64,000 nt of DNA from Chitinophagaceae bacterium (GCA_004173235.1 SEAC01000020.1:84678-148677), one strand, 5' to 3'; counted from the stretch's first letter, positions 45,834 through 55,091 are shown. Notes: generated by a model not told the origin, from the sequence alone. A program made the numbers and translations.

Positions 45834-46041
45834 AGCGTATCACAAAAGCCTGGGTGATGCCGGAAAGGGGGTAGATGAGGCTGCGGCGGCCCTGCGCAGT
45901 GCCCGAAGCGAGCGCAACAAACTTTTTTATGATGAAGAGCGCGGGATGAGCGCACGCCGCAAGCTTATGGGCAACTACTTCAAATCGCGCAAAGGCGGCG
46001 ACAACCCGCTGAAGGGAATTTCGTTTCGCAACTTCGGATAA
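45823..46041 (+). pseudogene. 3' fragment of a hypothetical protein gene with no start codon for the fragment
   Basis: Open frame ...AAALRSARSERNKLFYDEERGMSARRKLMGNYFKSRKGGDNPLKGISFRNFG* in host-like GC, followed by a terminator. Confidence 0.55.
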
Positions 46042-46070
46042 CAACACACGCATTTTGGTGAACCATCTAC

Positions 46071-46103
46071 GAGTCGCTCCTTTCGCGGAGGGGCTCTTTT
46101 TTT
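46071..46103 (+). terminator. Rho-independent terminator
   Basis: GAGTCGCTCC-TTTCGC-GGAGGGGCTC-TTTTTTT. Confidence 0.7.
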
Positions 46104-46173
46104 GCAAAACGCAGCCGGCTGTACGTGGGATGAGCGCGCTTTACACCGCAAGGGCTACGCCGCTGTAACCGAG

Positions 46174-46446
46174 GGTTGAGCGAAGGTTGTGTGGGGTAGC
46201 GGCAAAGTCGGGCGGGGGTAGGCCTCCGGCATACGTGGTTGTGCCGTCGTTGCGCGTGGTTATGGCTCCGTCGTTCGGGGTTGCGCCTTCGCTCTGCGGG
46301 GTTATGGCTCCGTCGTTTGGGGTTGCGCCTTCGCTCTGCGGGGTTATGGCATCGTCGTTTGTGGTTGGGGCTCCGTGGTATGCGGTTTTGCCACCGTTGC
46401 GCGGGGTTGAAGCATCGGTGGAAGCCAGTGTGCCACCGTTGCAGGT
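46174..46446 (+). repeat. Degenerate 21-bp tandem array (about 13 units; one near-exact 42-bp duplication)
   Basis: Most units start GGTT/GGGT every 21 nt; GGTTGCGCCTTCGCTCTGCGG at 46279 and 46321; GGTTATGGCTCCGTCGTT at 46258 and 46300. Confidence 0.85.
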
Positions 46447-46555
46447 GTGGCGCAAGCGCCGCCGCATTGAGCGCGAGAAGCGGGAGGGCGAGGCGCTGCT
46501 GCTCCGCGCCGATGCGCGCACGTAAGGGCTGCTGTTCCTTGCTTACCTTACTGCT

Positions 46556-46993
46556 GTGAAGGCCTTCTATTCTTTTCTGGGGTCGCTGGGCGCCATGATC
46601 GCCGGGGTGCTGAGCACCATCGCGCTGGCTATCGCCGTGCGGCTACTGTTGCCCGAATCTTTTTTTGAATTCACGATGAGCATGCAGGCGCCGGGGCTGC
46701 TGGAGTATGCCCGGCTCTTCGCGTTCGCGGCGCTGTTCATCGGTGTATCGGGAGCGGTCACCGCGGCGCTGTCGCTTGCGCGCTGGCCCGGCCCCGTGCT
46801 CGGCCTCGGGTGGCTGCTTGCCGGCGCCGCCGACGGCTCGGGCGACTGGTCGATGCTCCGCGGCGGGCTCCTCGGCGTCTCCCTCTTCGCGCCCATCATT
46901 GCCCACGCGCTCGTGCTCAACTACCGCTTTCGCCGCCGGCTGCGCAAGGCGAGCATGGAACTGGAGCTGGAAGGGGAGCGGGAGGACGCGTGA
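46556..46993 (+). CDS. Hypothetical membrane protein
   Basis: GTG start, 3-4 hydrophobic segments, basic/acidic tail. Confidence 0.55.
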   Translation: MKAFYSFLGSLGAMIAGVLSTIALAIAVRLLLPESFFEFTMSMQAPGLLEYARLFAFAALFIGVSGAVTAALSLARWPGPVLGLGWLLAGAADGSGDWSMLRGGLLGVSLFAPIIAHALVLNYRFRRRLRKASMELELEGEREDA

Positions 46994-47891
46994 CGGCGCC
47001 CATCACGCAGCTGCGGTGCGGGCTGCAGGAAGCATGTGGGATGCTCCATCGGGTGGCGTCATTCCGGTGCGCAGCACTGGGATCTAAAGGGGGGTGATGC
47101 TACAACGCGCAGCGGGGACATCAACGAGGGTGTTGCACTACGCGCAGCACCGGGATCTAAAGGAGGGTGATGCATTTTGCCAGGGGGAATGCCGGCCAGG
47201 GGCTTTCGTTCTATGCGTCCGCGGCGTCCCCGCGCGCATGCGTCGCCCTCATTCCCTTCGCGCATGCCTCTCCGTCATTCCCCGGCGCATGCGCGGCGCA
47301 TAGATCCCGGCGGCAAGCGCCGGGATGACGGCGCTGCGCGGGGCGCAAAGGGGCCCCATGACAGCAGTATCCTCTGTTCCGGGCATCCGGGTGATGGGGC
47401 CCCGTAAGTGCAGGATTTCCTCATTCCTGCGTCCAAGCCGCGAATGTTCCCCCGCGTGTGCGCGGCCATCATTCCCCCGGCGCATCCGCGGCGCATAGAT
47501 CCCGGCGGCAAGCGCCGGGATGACGGCCCTGCGCGGGGCGCAAAGGGGCCCCATGTCAGCAGTATCCTTTGTTCCGGGCATCCGGGCGATGGGGCCCCTT
47601 AGGTGCAGGACTTCCTCGTTCCTGCGTGCGAGTCGCGACTGTTCCCCTGAGTGTGCGGCGCCCTCATTCCCCCCGCGCATACGCGGCGCGTAGATCCCGG
47701 CGGCAAGCGCCGGGATGACGGCCCTGCGCGGGGCGCAAAGGGGCCCCATGGCAGCAGACCCCTCTGTTCCGGGCATCCGGGTGATGGGGCCCCGTAAGTG
47801 CAGGATTTCCTCGCGGAATACTGGGAATAATCCCATGAACTGCTGGCCAAATGCACAGTGCGGGCGACAATGTGGGTTGCACCTTAGATGG

Positions 47892-48233
47892 ATGAAAGGC
47901 GGATACACGTACATACTCACCAACTACCGGCGCACGGTCCTTTACGTCGGCGTCACCAGCGATCTGCGCCGCAGGTTGCGCGAGCACCGGGAACAACTTC
48001 ATCCTGGTTCTTTCACGGCGCGCTACCAGTGCTTCTACCTTGTCTACTTCGAACAGGTGCCCGGTATTGTTGCCGCTATCCAAAGGGAAAAGCAATTGAA
48101 AGAATGGCCCCGCCAACGCAAGCTGGAACTAATCCGCACCGTCAACCCGCACCTGTATTTCTACCACCCACACACCTTACTGCTCTCCGATACCCGAAAC
48201 CCCTTGTGCAGCCGCGGTGTATGCTGCCGTTAA
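47892..48233 (+). CDS. GIY-YIG nuclease family protein
   Basis: MKGGYTYILTN...LYVGVTSDLRRRLREH...FTARY...LVYFE...AIQREKQLK; ATG 47892. Confidence 0.92.
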   Translation: MKGGYTYILTNYRRTVLYVGVTSDLRRRLREHREQLHPGSFTARYQCFYLVYFEQVPGIVAAIQREKQLKEWPRQRKLELIRTVNPHLYFYHPHTLLLSDTRNPLCSRGVCCR

Positions 48234-48488
48234 ATGTGGTGGATGCTACATCGGGGGGCCTTCCTTTATAAAAAAAGGGGAGCCGTCATCCCGGCGCTTG
48301 CCGCCGGGATCTAAAGAGGATGAAGCCAGGATGCGCAGCGCCGGGATCTAATGGGGATGATGCACTCCGCGCCGCGCCGGGATGACGGGCGTCGCAGGAA
48401 CGCATCGGGCCCCATGACAGCATCTCCCTCTGTCCCGGCATCCGGGCGATGGGGCCCCGTTAGTGCAGGACCTCCTCGCGGAATACTA

Positions 48489-48950
48489 CGCGCAGCGCCG
48501 GGATCGAATGCTGATAATGCACTCCGCGCAACACGGGGATCTAAAGTGGAGGATGCAGTAAGCGCAACACCGGGATCTAAAGGGGAGGATACACTCCGCG
48601 CAGCACCGGGATGTAATGGGGCGTTGCATTGCGCGCAGTCGTTGGAGGTATGCAAAGGGGTACTTTCATACTGTCCATTGCGATTGTTCCCCCAACGCAG
48701 TCGCCGGTAGATCCCGGCGGCAAGCGCCGGGATGACGGCGCTGCGCGGGGCGCAAAGGGGCCCCATGACAGCATCTCCCTCTGTCCCAGCATCCGGGCGA
48801 TGGGGCCCCGTTAGTGCAGGACCTCCTCGCGGAATACTACGCGCAGCGCCGGGATCGAATGCTGATGATGCACTCCGCGCAACACCGGGATCAAAAGGGG
48901 AGGATGCAGTAAGCGCAACACCGGGATCTAAAGGGGAGGAAGTCTTGGCG
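48489..48950 (+). repeat. Two runs of degenerate 36-bp tandem repeats (further units at 47068-47175 and 48330-48380)
   Basis: CGCGCARCRCCGGGATCTAAAGGGGAGGATGCACTC-like units at 48489, 48525, 48561, 48597 and 48840, 48876, 48912. Confidence 0.85.
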
Positions 48951-49364
48951 CAGCGCCCGAGGAACAATGAAAGAGTTTCCATTGCCAGGCTTGTGCGGAC
49001 GCTACTGCCGGATCATGTGGTGGATGCTACATCGGGGGCCTTCCTTTAAAAAAAAAAGGGGAGCCGTCATCCCGGCGCTGCCGCCGGGATCTAAAGAGGA
49101 TGAAGCCAGGATGCGCAGCACCAGATGGAACCAAACAAAAAGCCGCCCCTCGCGGAACGGCCCTTCTATAGAGACCAAGATCTTTATCCCTTGCAGCTTT
49201 GAAGTACACTGCGGAAGCACTAAAAATAACGTTCGCGAGCCAACGGTGCGGGCCCAGGGGAACGAAAGCTGCTTTTGTGGGACGCAATGTTCCTGCACAG
49301 TGCGGCCACGGCACCCCGCGTGCTGCGTATGGCCCTGCGGTAATTTGCAGTCTCAAAGAAACCT

Positions 49365-50381
49365 ATGGCAAAGCCCCTCTCCCAAATACCGCTGTCCGTG
49401 CTCGACCTGGCCACCATCGTGGAAGGCGAAGACCTGGCAGCCGCCTTCCGCCGCAGCGTGACAGGCGCACAAAATGCCGAGCGCCTCGGCTGCACCCGCT
49501 ACTGGTTTGCCGAACACCACAACATGGAAAGCGTTGCCTCCGCAGCCACCTCGGTGCTCATCGGCCACGTAGCCGGGCAAACAAAAAACATCCGCGTGGG
49601 CGCGGGCGGCATCATGCTTCCCAACCACGCGCCCATCGTCATCGCCGAACAGTTCGGCACACTCGAAGCACTATACCCCGGTCGCATCGACCTCGGGCTG
49701 GGGCGCGCACCCGGCACCGACGGACTCACCGCGGCCGCACTCCGCCGCAGCCTGCAGGGCGGCGACGACTTCCCACGCGACGTGATGGAACTCCTTCGCT
49801 TCCTCGGCCCCCGCGACCCGGAAGCCCGCGTGCGCGCCATTCCCGGCGAAGGCGCCCAGGTGCCCGTGTGGCTGCTTGGCTCGAGCACCTACAGCGCACA
49901 GCTCGCAGCCATGCTGGGACTGCCCTTCGCTTTTGCCTCGCACTTCGCACCTACCTACCTCCACGAGGCCCTCGCCGTGTACCGCCAACGCTTCGAGCCA
50001 TCCGTATATCTACGGGAACCCCACGCAATGGCGTGCGTGTCGGTGATAGCTGCCGACACCGATGCAGAGGCACAGCGGCTCGCAACTTCGTTTCACCAAC
50101 TCGTGCTCGGGCTGATACGCAACCAGCGCCGCCCGATGCCGCCACCCGTTGACGATATGAGCAGCATCTGGACACCTGCGGAGGAAGCAGCCGTGCGGCA
50201 GTTCGCGCACTACTCGTTCATCGGAAGCAAAGCGACGGTTGAAGAACGCCTCGGCGATTTCGTAGCCGAGACCGGCATAGACGAACTGATGATCACTGCC
50301 CACATCTACGACCTCGACGCACGCAGCCGCTCGCTCGAACTCGTTGCGCCCCTCTTTCAACAAAAAAACTATCCTGCATAA
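49365..50381 (+). CDS. LLM class flavin-dependent oxidoreductase (luciferase-like)
   Basis: [44 protein letters not shown]. Confidence 0.92.
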   Translation: MAKPLSQIPLSVLDLATIVEGEDLAAAFRRSVTGAQNAERLGCTRYWFAEHHNMESVASAATSVLIGHVAGQTKNIRVGAGGIMLPNHAPIVIAEQFGTLEALYPGRIDLGLGRAPGTDGLTAAALRRSLQGGDDFPRDVMELLRFLGPRDPEARVRAIPGEGAQVPVWLLGSSTYSAQLAAMLGLPFAFASHFAPTYLHEALAVYRQRFEPSVYLREPHAMACVSVIAADTDAEAQRLATSFHQLVLGLIRNQRRPMPPPVDDMSSIWTPAEEAAVRQFAHYSFIGSKATVEERLGDFVAETGIDELMITAHIYDLDARSRSLELVAPLFQQKNYPA

Positions 50382-50382
50382 G

Positions 50383-51324
50383 ATGAAAGCGATCGTACTC
50401 AAAGCCGCTGGCGGCACCGAACAACTGGAATGGACCGAACTGCCGAAGCCCGCTCCTGCCGCCGGCGAAATACTTCTCCGCAACGAAGCGCTGAGCGTCA
50501 ACCCTGTGGACTTCAAGACCCGGAAGGGAGGCGCCTTCTTCGCGAAGTTGTCGGAAACGCCACCCATCGTGTTGGGGTGGGACGTGGCCGGAACCGTGGA
50601 AGCGGTAGGGGAAGGCGTTACCGGCTTCAGGCCCGGCGATCGTGCCTTCGGGATGGTGAACTTTCCCGGCGCAGGGCGTGCGTATGCCGAATATGTTGCC
50701 GCACCTGCCGATCACTTTGCACATATCCCTGACCGTATTTCTACGGAAGACGCGGCGGCCACCACGCTGGCGGCACTTACGGCATGGCAGGCCCTCGTAC
50801 ATCGCGGTGGTTTGCAGGCGGGCCAGCGCGTACTCATTCACGCAGCGGCAGGTGGCGTGGGACATTTTGCCGTGCAGATCGCGCGGCAGCTCGGTGCGGA
50901 AGTGCTGGGAACCGCGTCGGCAGCCAACCACAATTTCCTCCACAGCATCGGTGTGGCGCAGGCCATCGATTACCGTGCCCGGGACTTTCGCGACGTAGCA
51001 AACGATATCGATATCGTGCTCGATCCCATCGGCGGCGATACCGCGCTTCACTCACTGGACGTGCTGCGTCCCGGCGGGCTACTGGTATCGATCGTTGGTG
51101 GAGCCAGGGAGCAGGTAGTGCTTGCCGCGCAACAGCGTGGGCTTCGCGCGGAGAACTACCTCGTTCATTCGAGCGGCGCAGATATCGAGCAACTCGCGCG
51201 CCTCCTCGAAGGCGGCAACCTGCAACCTCTGATCGAACACCGTTTTCACTTTACGGAGATGGCTGCTGCACACGCGCAGCTGGAAACGGGCCGCACGCGC
51301 GGAAAGGTGATCGTAACGCTTTGA
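50383..51324 (+). CDS. NADP-dependent quinone oxidoreductase-like (MDR family)
   Basis: SVNPVDFK, LGWDVAG, GAGRAYAEY, HAAAGGVG, GRTRGKVIV; ATG 50383. Confidence 0.92.
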   Translation: MKAIVLKAAGGTEQLEWTELPKPAPAAGEILLRNEALSVNPVDFKTRKGGAFFAKLSETPPIVLGWDVAGTVEAVGEGVTGFRPGDRAFGMVNFPGAGRAYAEYVAAPADHFAHIPDRISTEDAAATTLAALTAWQALVHRGGLQAGQRVLIHAAAGGVGHFAVQIARQLGAEVLGTASAANHNFLHSIGVAQAIDYRARDFRDVANDIDIVLDPIGGDTALHSLDVLRPGGLLVSIVGGAREQVVLAAQQRGLRAENYLVHSSGADIEQLARLLEGGNLQPLIEHRFHFTEMAAAHAQLETGRTRGKVIVTL

Positions 51325-51329
51325 AGAAT

Positions 51330-52265
51330 TCAGGAACCCAGCGGCGCAAGCACATTCTTGCGAAAGCGTTCGCTGCCGGAGGCAGGCAGGTGCGCGCGCA
51401 CGGTTTCAGACAGTACTTCTACAATCTTGCGGCGTGCATAGTGCGGCGTGGTAACGATGCTGATCTCACGCACCGGCGCAGGGCTGCGAAAGGGCAGCAC
51501 GTTCTTTTGCTGCGCAGCGCTAAGTCCATCAATGGCCAGCTCGGGCAGGATGGTGATGCCGCCCTGCGCATCTACCAGGCGAAGCAACATTTCGAGCGAC
51601 CCGGTTTCGAACGCAAGCCTGCGGTTGCCTGCCTGGCCACCGCAAAGCTGGATCACCTGCGTGCGCAGGCAATGCCCTTCTGAAAGCAGCCATAATCGGT
51701 CGGTGTCGAGGTCGGTGGGAACCACGCCGTTCTTGCGCGGCAGTTTTTCACCGGCAGCAGCATACACGAAGAAGCGCTCGTAAAATAGCGGGTGCTCGGT
51801 GAGCGTCGGGCGTTCCAGCGGCGTTGCCAACAGTGCGGCGTCGATGGTATGATCTTCCAGACGGTCGATGAGCTCGCTCGTGTTGGCTTCGGTTACGCGC
51901 ACCTGCAGCTGCGGGTAAGATGCGAGCAGCGCGGGTAGAAAGCGGGGGAGCAGGTAAGGCGCCAACGTTGGAATGACACCGAGGCGCAACTCGCCGCTCA
52001 CCGTGCCCTGTGCTTCCTCCACCAGTTGCGTCATTCTTCCGGCTTCCTGCAAGATGAGGCGGGCCTGCGCCACCAGCACCTCGCCGATCGGCGTAGGCGT
52101 CACGGGCTGATGGCTGCGGTCGAACAGCCGCACCCCCAGCTCGTCTTCGAGCTTGCGGATCATCATGCTCAACGTTGCCTGCGTTACGAAGCAATGTTTC
52201 GCGGCATTTACAAAGTGCCGGTGCGTGTCGAGCGCTACAATGTATTCGAGTTGCTGCAGGGTCAT
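51330..52265 (-). CDS. oxyR: LysR family regulator, OxyR-like
   Basis: MTLQQLEY HTH, TQATLS, GVIPTLAPYLLP, EGHCLRTQVIQLC (C-x8-C redox pair). Confidence 0.75.
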   Translation of the reverse strand: MTLQQLEYIVALDTHRHFVNAAKHCFVTQATLSMMIRKLEDELGVRLFDRSHQPVTPTPIGEVLVAQARLILQEAGRMTQLVEEAQGTVSGELRLGVIPTLAPYLLPRFLPALLASYPQLQVRVTEANTSELIDRLEDHTIDAALLATPLERPTLTEHPLFYERFFVYAAAGEKLPRKNGVVPTDLDTDRLWLLSEGHCLRTQVIQLCGGQAGNRRLAFETGSLEMLLRLVDAQGGITILPELAIDGLSAAQQKNVLPFRSPAPVREISIVTTPHYARRKIVEVLSETVRAHLPASGSERFRKNVLAPLGS

Positions 52266-52301
52266 AAGCGCGGGCGGTGCGTGAGAAAGACGTTGCTGAT
52301 A

Positions 52302-54020
52302 TTAGGAAGATGGAACAGCGCCGGACGGATGGCGAGGATGGGTGGATTGTTGTTCCGGCAGCAGAATATCGAAGCGGGCGCCTTTGCCTTCTTCGCCGAT
52401 TGCGCGGATATGCCCGTGGTGGCTGTCGATGATGCGTTTGACTATAGCCAGGCCCACGCCGGTGCCTTCGTATTTGTCGCGCGTGTGGAGCCGCTGGAAC
52501 ACTTCGAATATCTTGTCTGCCTGCTCGCTGCGGAAGCCGATTCCGTTGTCGCTGTAGTGCAACATCCAGTGCCCGTTGGGGGCGGGCTCGGCTTCGATGC
52601 GGATCTCGGGGCGGCGGCCGCTCTGCGTGAACTTCAGCGAATTGGCCAGCAGGTTTTGAAACACTTGTCCCAACTGCAGCGACACGCCTTCAATGTGCGG
52701 AAGCTTGCCGATGTGGATGACGGCGTCTTTTTCTTTGATGGGAAGTTCGAGGTCTTCGAGTATGCGTCGCAGCAGCTCGTTGAGGTCTACGTCCTGGAAG
52801 TCGATCTCAGTGTGCGACAGCTTGGAGAAGGAAAGCAGGTCGTCGATGAGACGCAGCATGCGCCGTGATGAATTCACGATGTTGTCGAGGAAGCGGTTGG
52901 TGCCGGCATCCAGCTGGTCGTGGAGCTTCTCCTGCAGCAGCTGGCTGAATACGGAGATCTTGCGCACCGGCTCCTTCAGGTCATGCGACGCTACGGAGGC
53001 AAACTGCAGGAGGTCGTAATTGCGTTGTTCCAGTTCGGCCGTGCGTTCGCGCACTTTTTCCTCCAGCAACGCCATTGCTTTCTTTTCCTGCTCGCGGAGC
53101 TCGGCCTGCAGGCGTTGTTCCTCGGTGATGTCGCGCGAAACAGAAAGCACGTGCGGCTTTTCGCGGAAGAGGAATTGCGAGCCGTGGTAGGCTACTTCGA
53201 AGCGCGAGCCGTCGCTGCGGATGCGGCGGTTGCGGCCCGAGTAGCGGCCACCGGCCATCGCTATTTCTTTGAGGCGAATGAAGTCGTTGGGATCGTCGAA
53301 GAGGCGGCTGGCGTGCTGGCCAATGAGGTCTTCGTATTGAAACCCGAAGATGCGGCAAGCGGAAGGATTTGCTTCCACGATGAGGCCGTCTTCGTTATAG
53401 ATGATCATCGAGTCGGAGCTGGCGTCGAAGATGCTGCGGTACTGGTCGCGCTCTTCCTGCAGGCTGCGCTCGATGCGTTTCTTGTCTTCGAAAAGGCGCG
53501 CGTTGCTCATGGCAATGGCTGCTTGCAGCGCCATTCCTTCAATGAGCTTTTCCGATGCTTCGGTAAAGATCCCCGGCTCGGGGTGTCCAAAGAAAAGGCC
53601 GCCGATCACCTCGCGCGTAAACGGGTTGATAACAGGTACGGCAAGGTAGCTGCGCACGGGCAGGTGGCCTTCGGGCATGCCGTGGTAGGGCGGGTTTTGT
53701 CCGTAGGCCGTTTCCTTAGTTACGTCGTGGTAGCGTACGGTGCCGCGCGCCGAGAAGGTGGGTTCGAAAATCTTGGTGTTGCGCGGCATCGGGAACCTGG
53801 AGAACGCTTCGCGGGGCACACCCGAGATCGTGTACAGCACATACGATTCGCCGGCGGCATTGACCACATTATAAAAAAAGGCACCGAATTGTGCGCCGGA
53901 GAGTTCCGTGCCGATGTCGGTAACGCGTTGCACAACGGTCTCCAGCTCGATCTCCGATGCGATCGACTTGCCGGATTCCAGGAGTAGTTCGAAAATGTTG
54001 TTCGTAGCAGACGATTCCAA
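52302..54020 (-). CDS. GAF/PAS sensor histidine kinase
   Basis: GAF (AQFGAFFYNV, HLPVRSYLAVP), PAS, SHDLKEPVRK, DNGIGF, GTGVGL; TTG start. Confidence 0.9.
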   Translation of the reverse strand: MESSATNNIFELLLESGKSIASEIELETVVQRVTDIGTELSGAQFGAFFYNVVNAAGESYVLYTISGVPREAFSRFPMPRNTKIFEPTFSARGTVRYHDVTKETAYGQNPPYHGMPEGHLPVRSYLAVPVINPFTREVIGGLFFGHPEPGIFTEASEKLIEGMALQAAIAMSNARLFEDKKRIERSLQEERDQYRSIFDASSDSMIIYNEDGLIVEANPSACRIFGFQYEDLIGQHASRLFDDPNDFIRLKEIAMAGGRYSGRNRRIRSDGSRFEVAYHGSQFLFREKPHVLSVSRDITEEQRLQAELREQEKKAMALLEEKVRERTAELEQRNYDLLQFASVASHDLKEPVRKISVFSQLLQEKLHDQLDAGTNRFLDNIVNSSRRMLRLIDDLLSFSKLSHTEIDFQDVDLNELLRRILEDLELPIKEKDAVIHIGKLPHIEGVSLQLGQVFQNLLANSLKFTQSGRRPEIRIEAEPAPNGHWMLHYSDNGIGFRSEQADKIFEVFQRLHTRDKYEGTGVGLAIVKRIIDSHHGHIRAIGEEGKGARFDILLPEQQSTHPRHPSGAVPSS

Positions 54021-54070
54021 GGGCGTTTGTTAAGGGAGCTATCTAAACCGACTAAATTACAGAGAAATCG

Positions 54071-54634
54071 GTGATGGAACATTTTCTGGAACGGGTGCGT
54101 GCGTTTGCGGATGAAGCCCACGGCACGCAGCTCCGCAAATACAGTCCCGACCGCTACATCGTGCACCCGGTGCGCGTGATGGAGCTGCTCGCCGCACACC
54201 GGGCAACGCGTGCGCAGCTGGCGGCGGCACTGCTCCACGATGTACTCGAAGACACACCTGTAACAGAAGGGGAGCTGTCGCACTTCCTCCATTCCATTAC
54301 AGCTGCAGAAGAAGCTGAAGCGGTGATGCAGCTGGTGGTTGAGCTCACCGACGTATACACCTACGAGGCCCACCCGCAATGGGGGCGGAAGCGCCGCAAG
54401 GAAGCCGAGGTGGCCCGAATGGCCGGCGTCAGCACTGCTGCGCAAACGGTGAAGTATGCCGACATTATCGACAACACAAGCGAGATCGTGCGGGAAGACC
54501 CAGGCTTCGCTCCTAAATTCTTGAAAGAATGCCGTGCCTTGCTTCACGAAATGAAAGCCGGTGACGCAGAGCTGCGCGCGCAGGCATTGGACGTGATCCG
54601 GGCGGGTTTCGATGCGCTGCAGTCGGGTCGTTGA
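54071..54634 (+). CDS. HD domain protein, small alarmone hydrolase (SpoT/Mesh1)-like
   Basis: HGTQLRK...YIVHP, AALLHDVLEDT, VKYADIIDN. Confidence 0.85.
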   Translation: MMEHFLERVRAFADEAHGTQLRKYSPDRYIVHPVRVMELLAAHRATRAQLAAALLHDVLEDTPVTEGELSHFLHSITAAEEAEAVMQLVVELTDVYTYEAHPQWGRKRRKEAEVARMAGVSTAAQTVKYADIIDNTSEIVREDPGFAPKFLKECRALLHEMKAGDAELRAQALDVIRAGFDALQSGR

Positions 54635-54689
54635 GCATTCGTTTAACGGAAAATCAGATATTTGCCCTATCCTTTAAACACCCAATGCG

Positions 54690-54884
54690 TTGAATGTAGA
54701 AGAATTGAATGATGAGGAGCTGCAGGCGGAGCTCGCGCGGCTGAAGCAGCAGTTTGAGCATTCCGCAGCACAGGAAGACGCTTCGGCTCAAACCAACCAG
54801 CTTTACAGTGAATTTGTGCGCGCCCGCAACGAAGCCATCCGCAGGCTCATCCAGCGCTCGGATGCGTTGCCTTCAGGCGAATAA
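54690..54884 (+). CDS. Small helical hypothetical protein
   Basis: 64-aa ORF (TTG start) after an A-rich leader; coiled-coil-like composition. Confidence 0.5.
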   Translation: MNVEELNDEELQAELARLKQQFEHSAAQEDASAQTNQLYSEFVRARNEAIRRLIQRSDALPSGE

Positions 54885-54899
54885 AATTGTTTCCCGGGA

Positions 54900-55091
54900 T
54901 CAGGAATGATCGGCCGGCATATCGGTTACCACGGCGCCAAACTGGTTGATGGCATGTGCGATATCGAGCAGTTCGCAGTTGCAGATCACGAACAGGTCGG
55001 CGATGGACATCGACACGATCGCGTCGGGGGTCATCTTCCGGAATTGCTGGAAGTCCTGGGGTGTTTGAAACTGTACTTTCACATGCTCCAT
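54900..55091 (-). CDS. Small hypothetical protein
   Basis: MEHVKVQFQTPQDFQQF...; ATG 55091; natural-looking composition. Confidence 0.5.
   Translation of the reverse strand: MEHVKVQFQTPQDFQQFRKMTPDAIVSMSIADLFVICNCELLDIAHAINQFGAVVTDMPADHS

Larger units (their letters stand above)
47055..49119. mobile_element. Composite CGTC-REP/GIY-YIG element array
   Basis: REP TAGATCCCGGCGGCAAGCGCCGGGATGACGG at 47301, 47496, 47691 (195-bp period) and 48708; inverted copies at 48283 and 49064; ~105-bp direct repeat at 48234/49015; ~190-bp direct repeat at 48407/48758. Confidence 0.8.

Noticed and set aside
46141-46521. 126-aa minus-strand ORF with TPNDGAI repeats as a confident gene
   Set aside because: Frames are open on both strands because of the 21-bp GC-rich array; no start context or family signal. 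Kept only as a repeat finding.
48489-48950. 36-nt CRISPR repeats
   Set aside because: Units are contiguous and degenerate with no unique spacers.
47249-48982. ORFs 47249..47923 and 48311..48982 (minus strand) as repeat proteins
   Set aside because: Their peptide repeats follow directly from the GC-rich 195-, 351- and 36-bp DNA repeats; no protein-like features.
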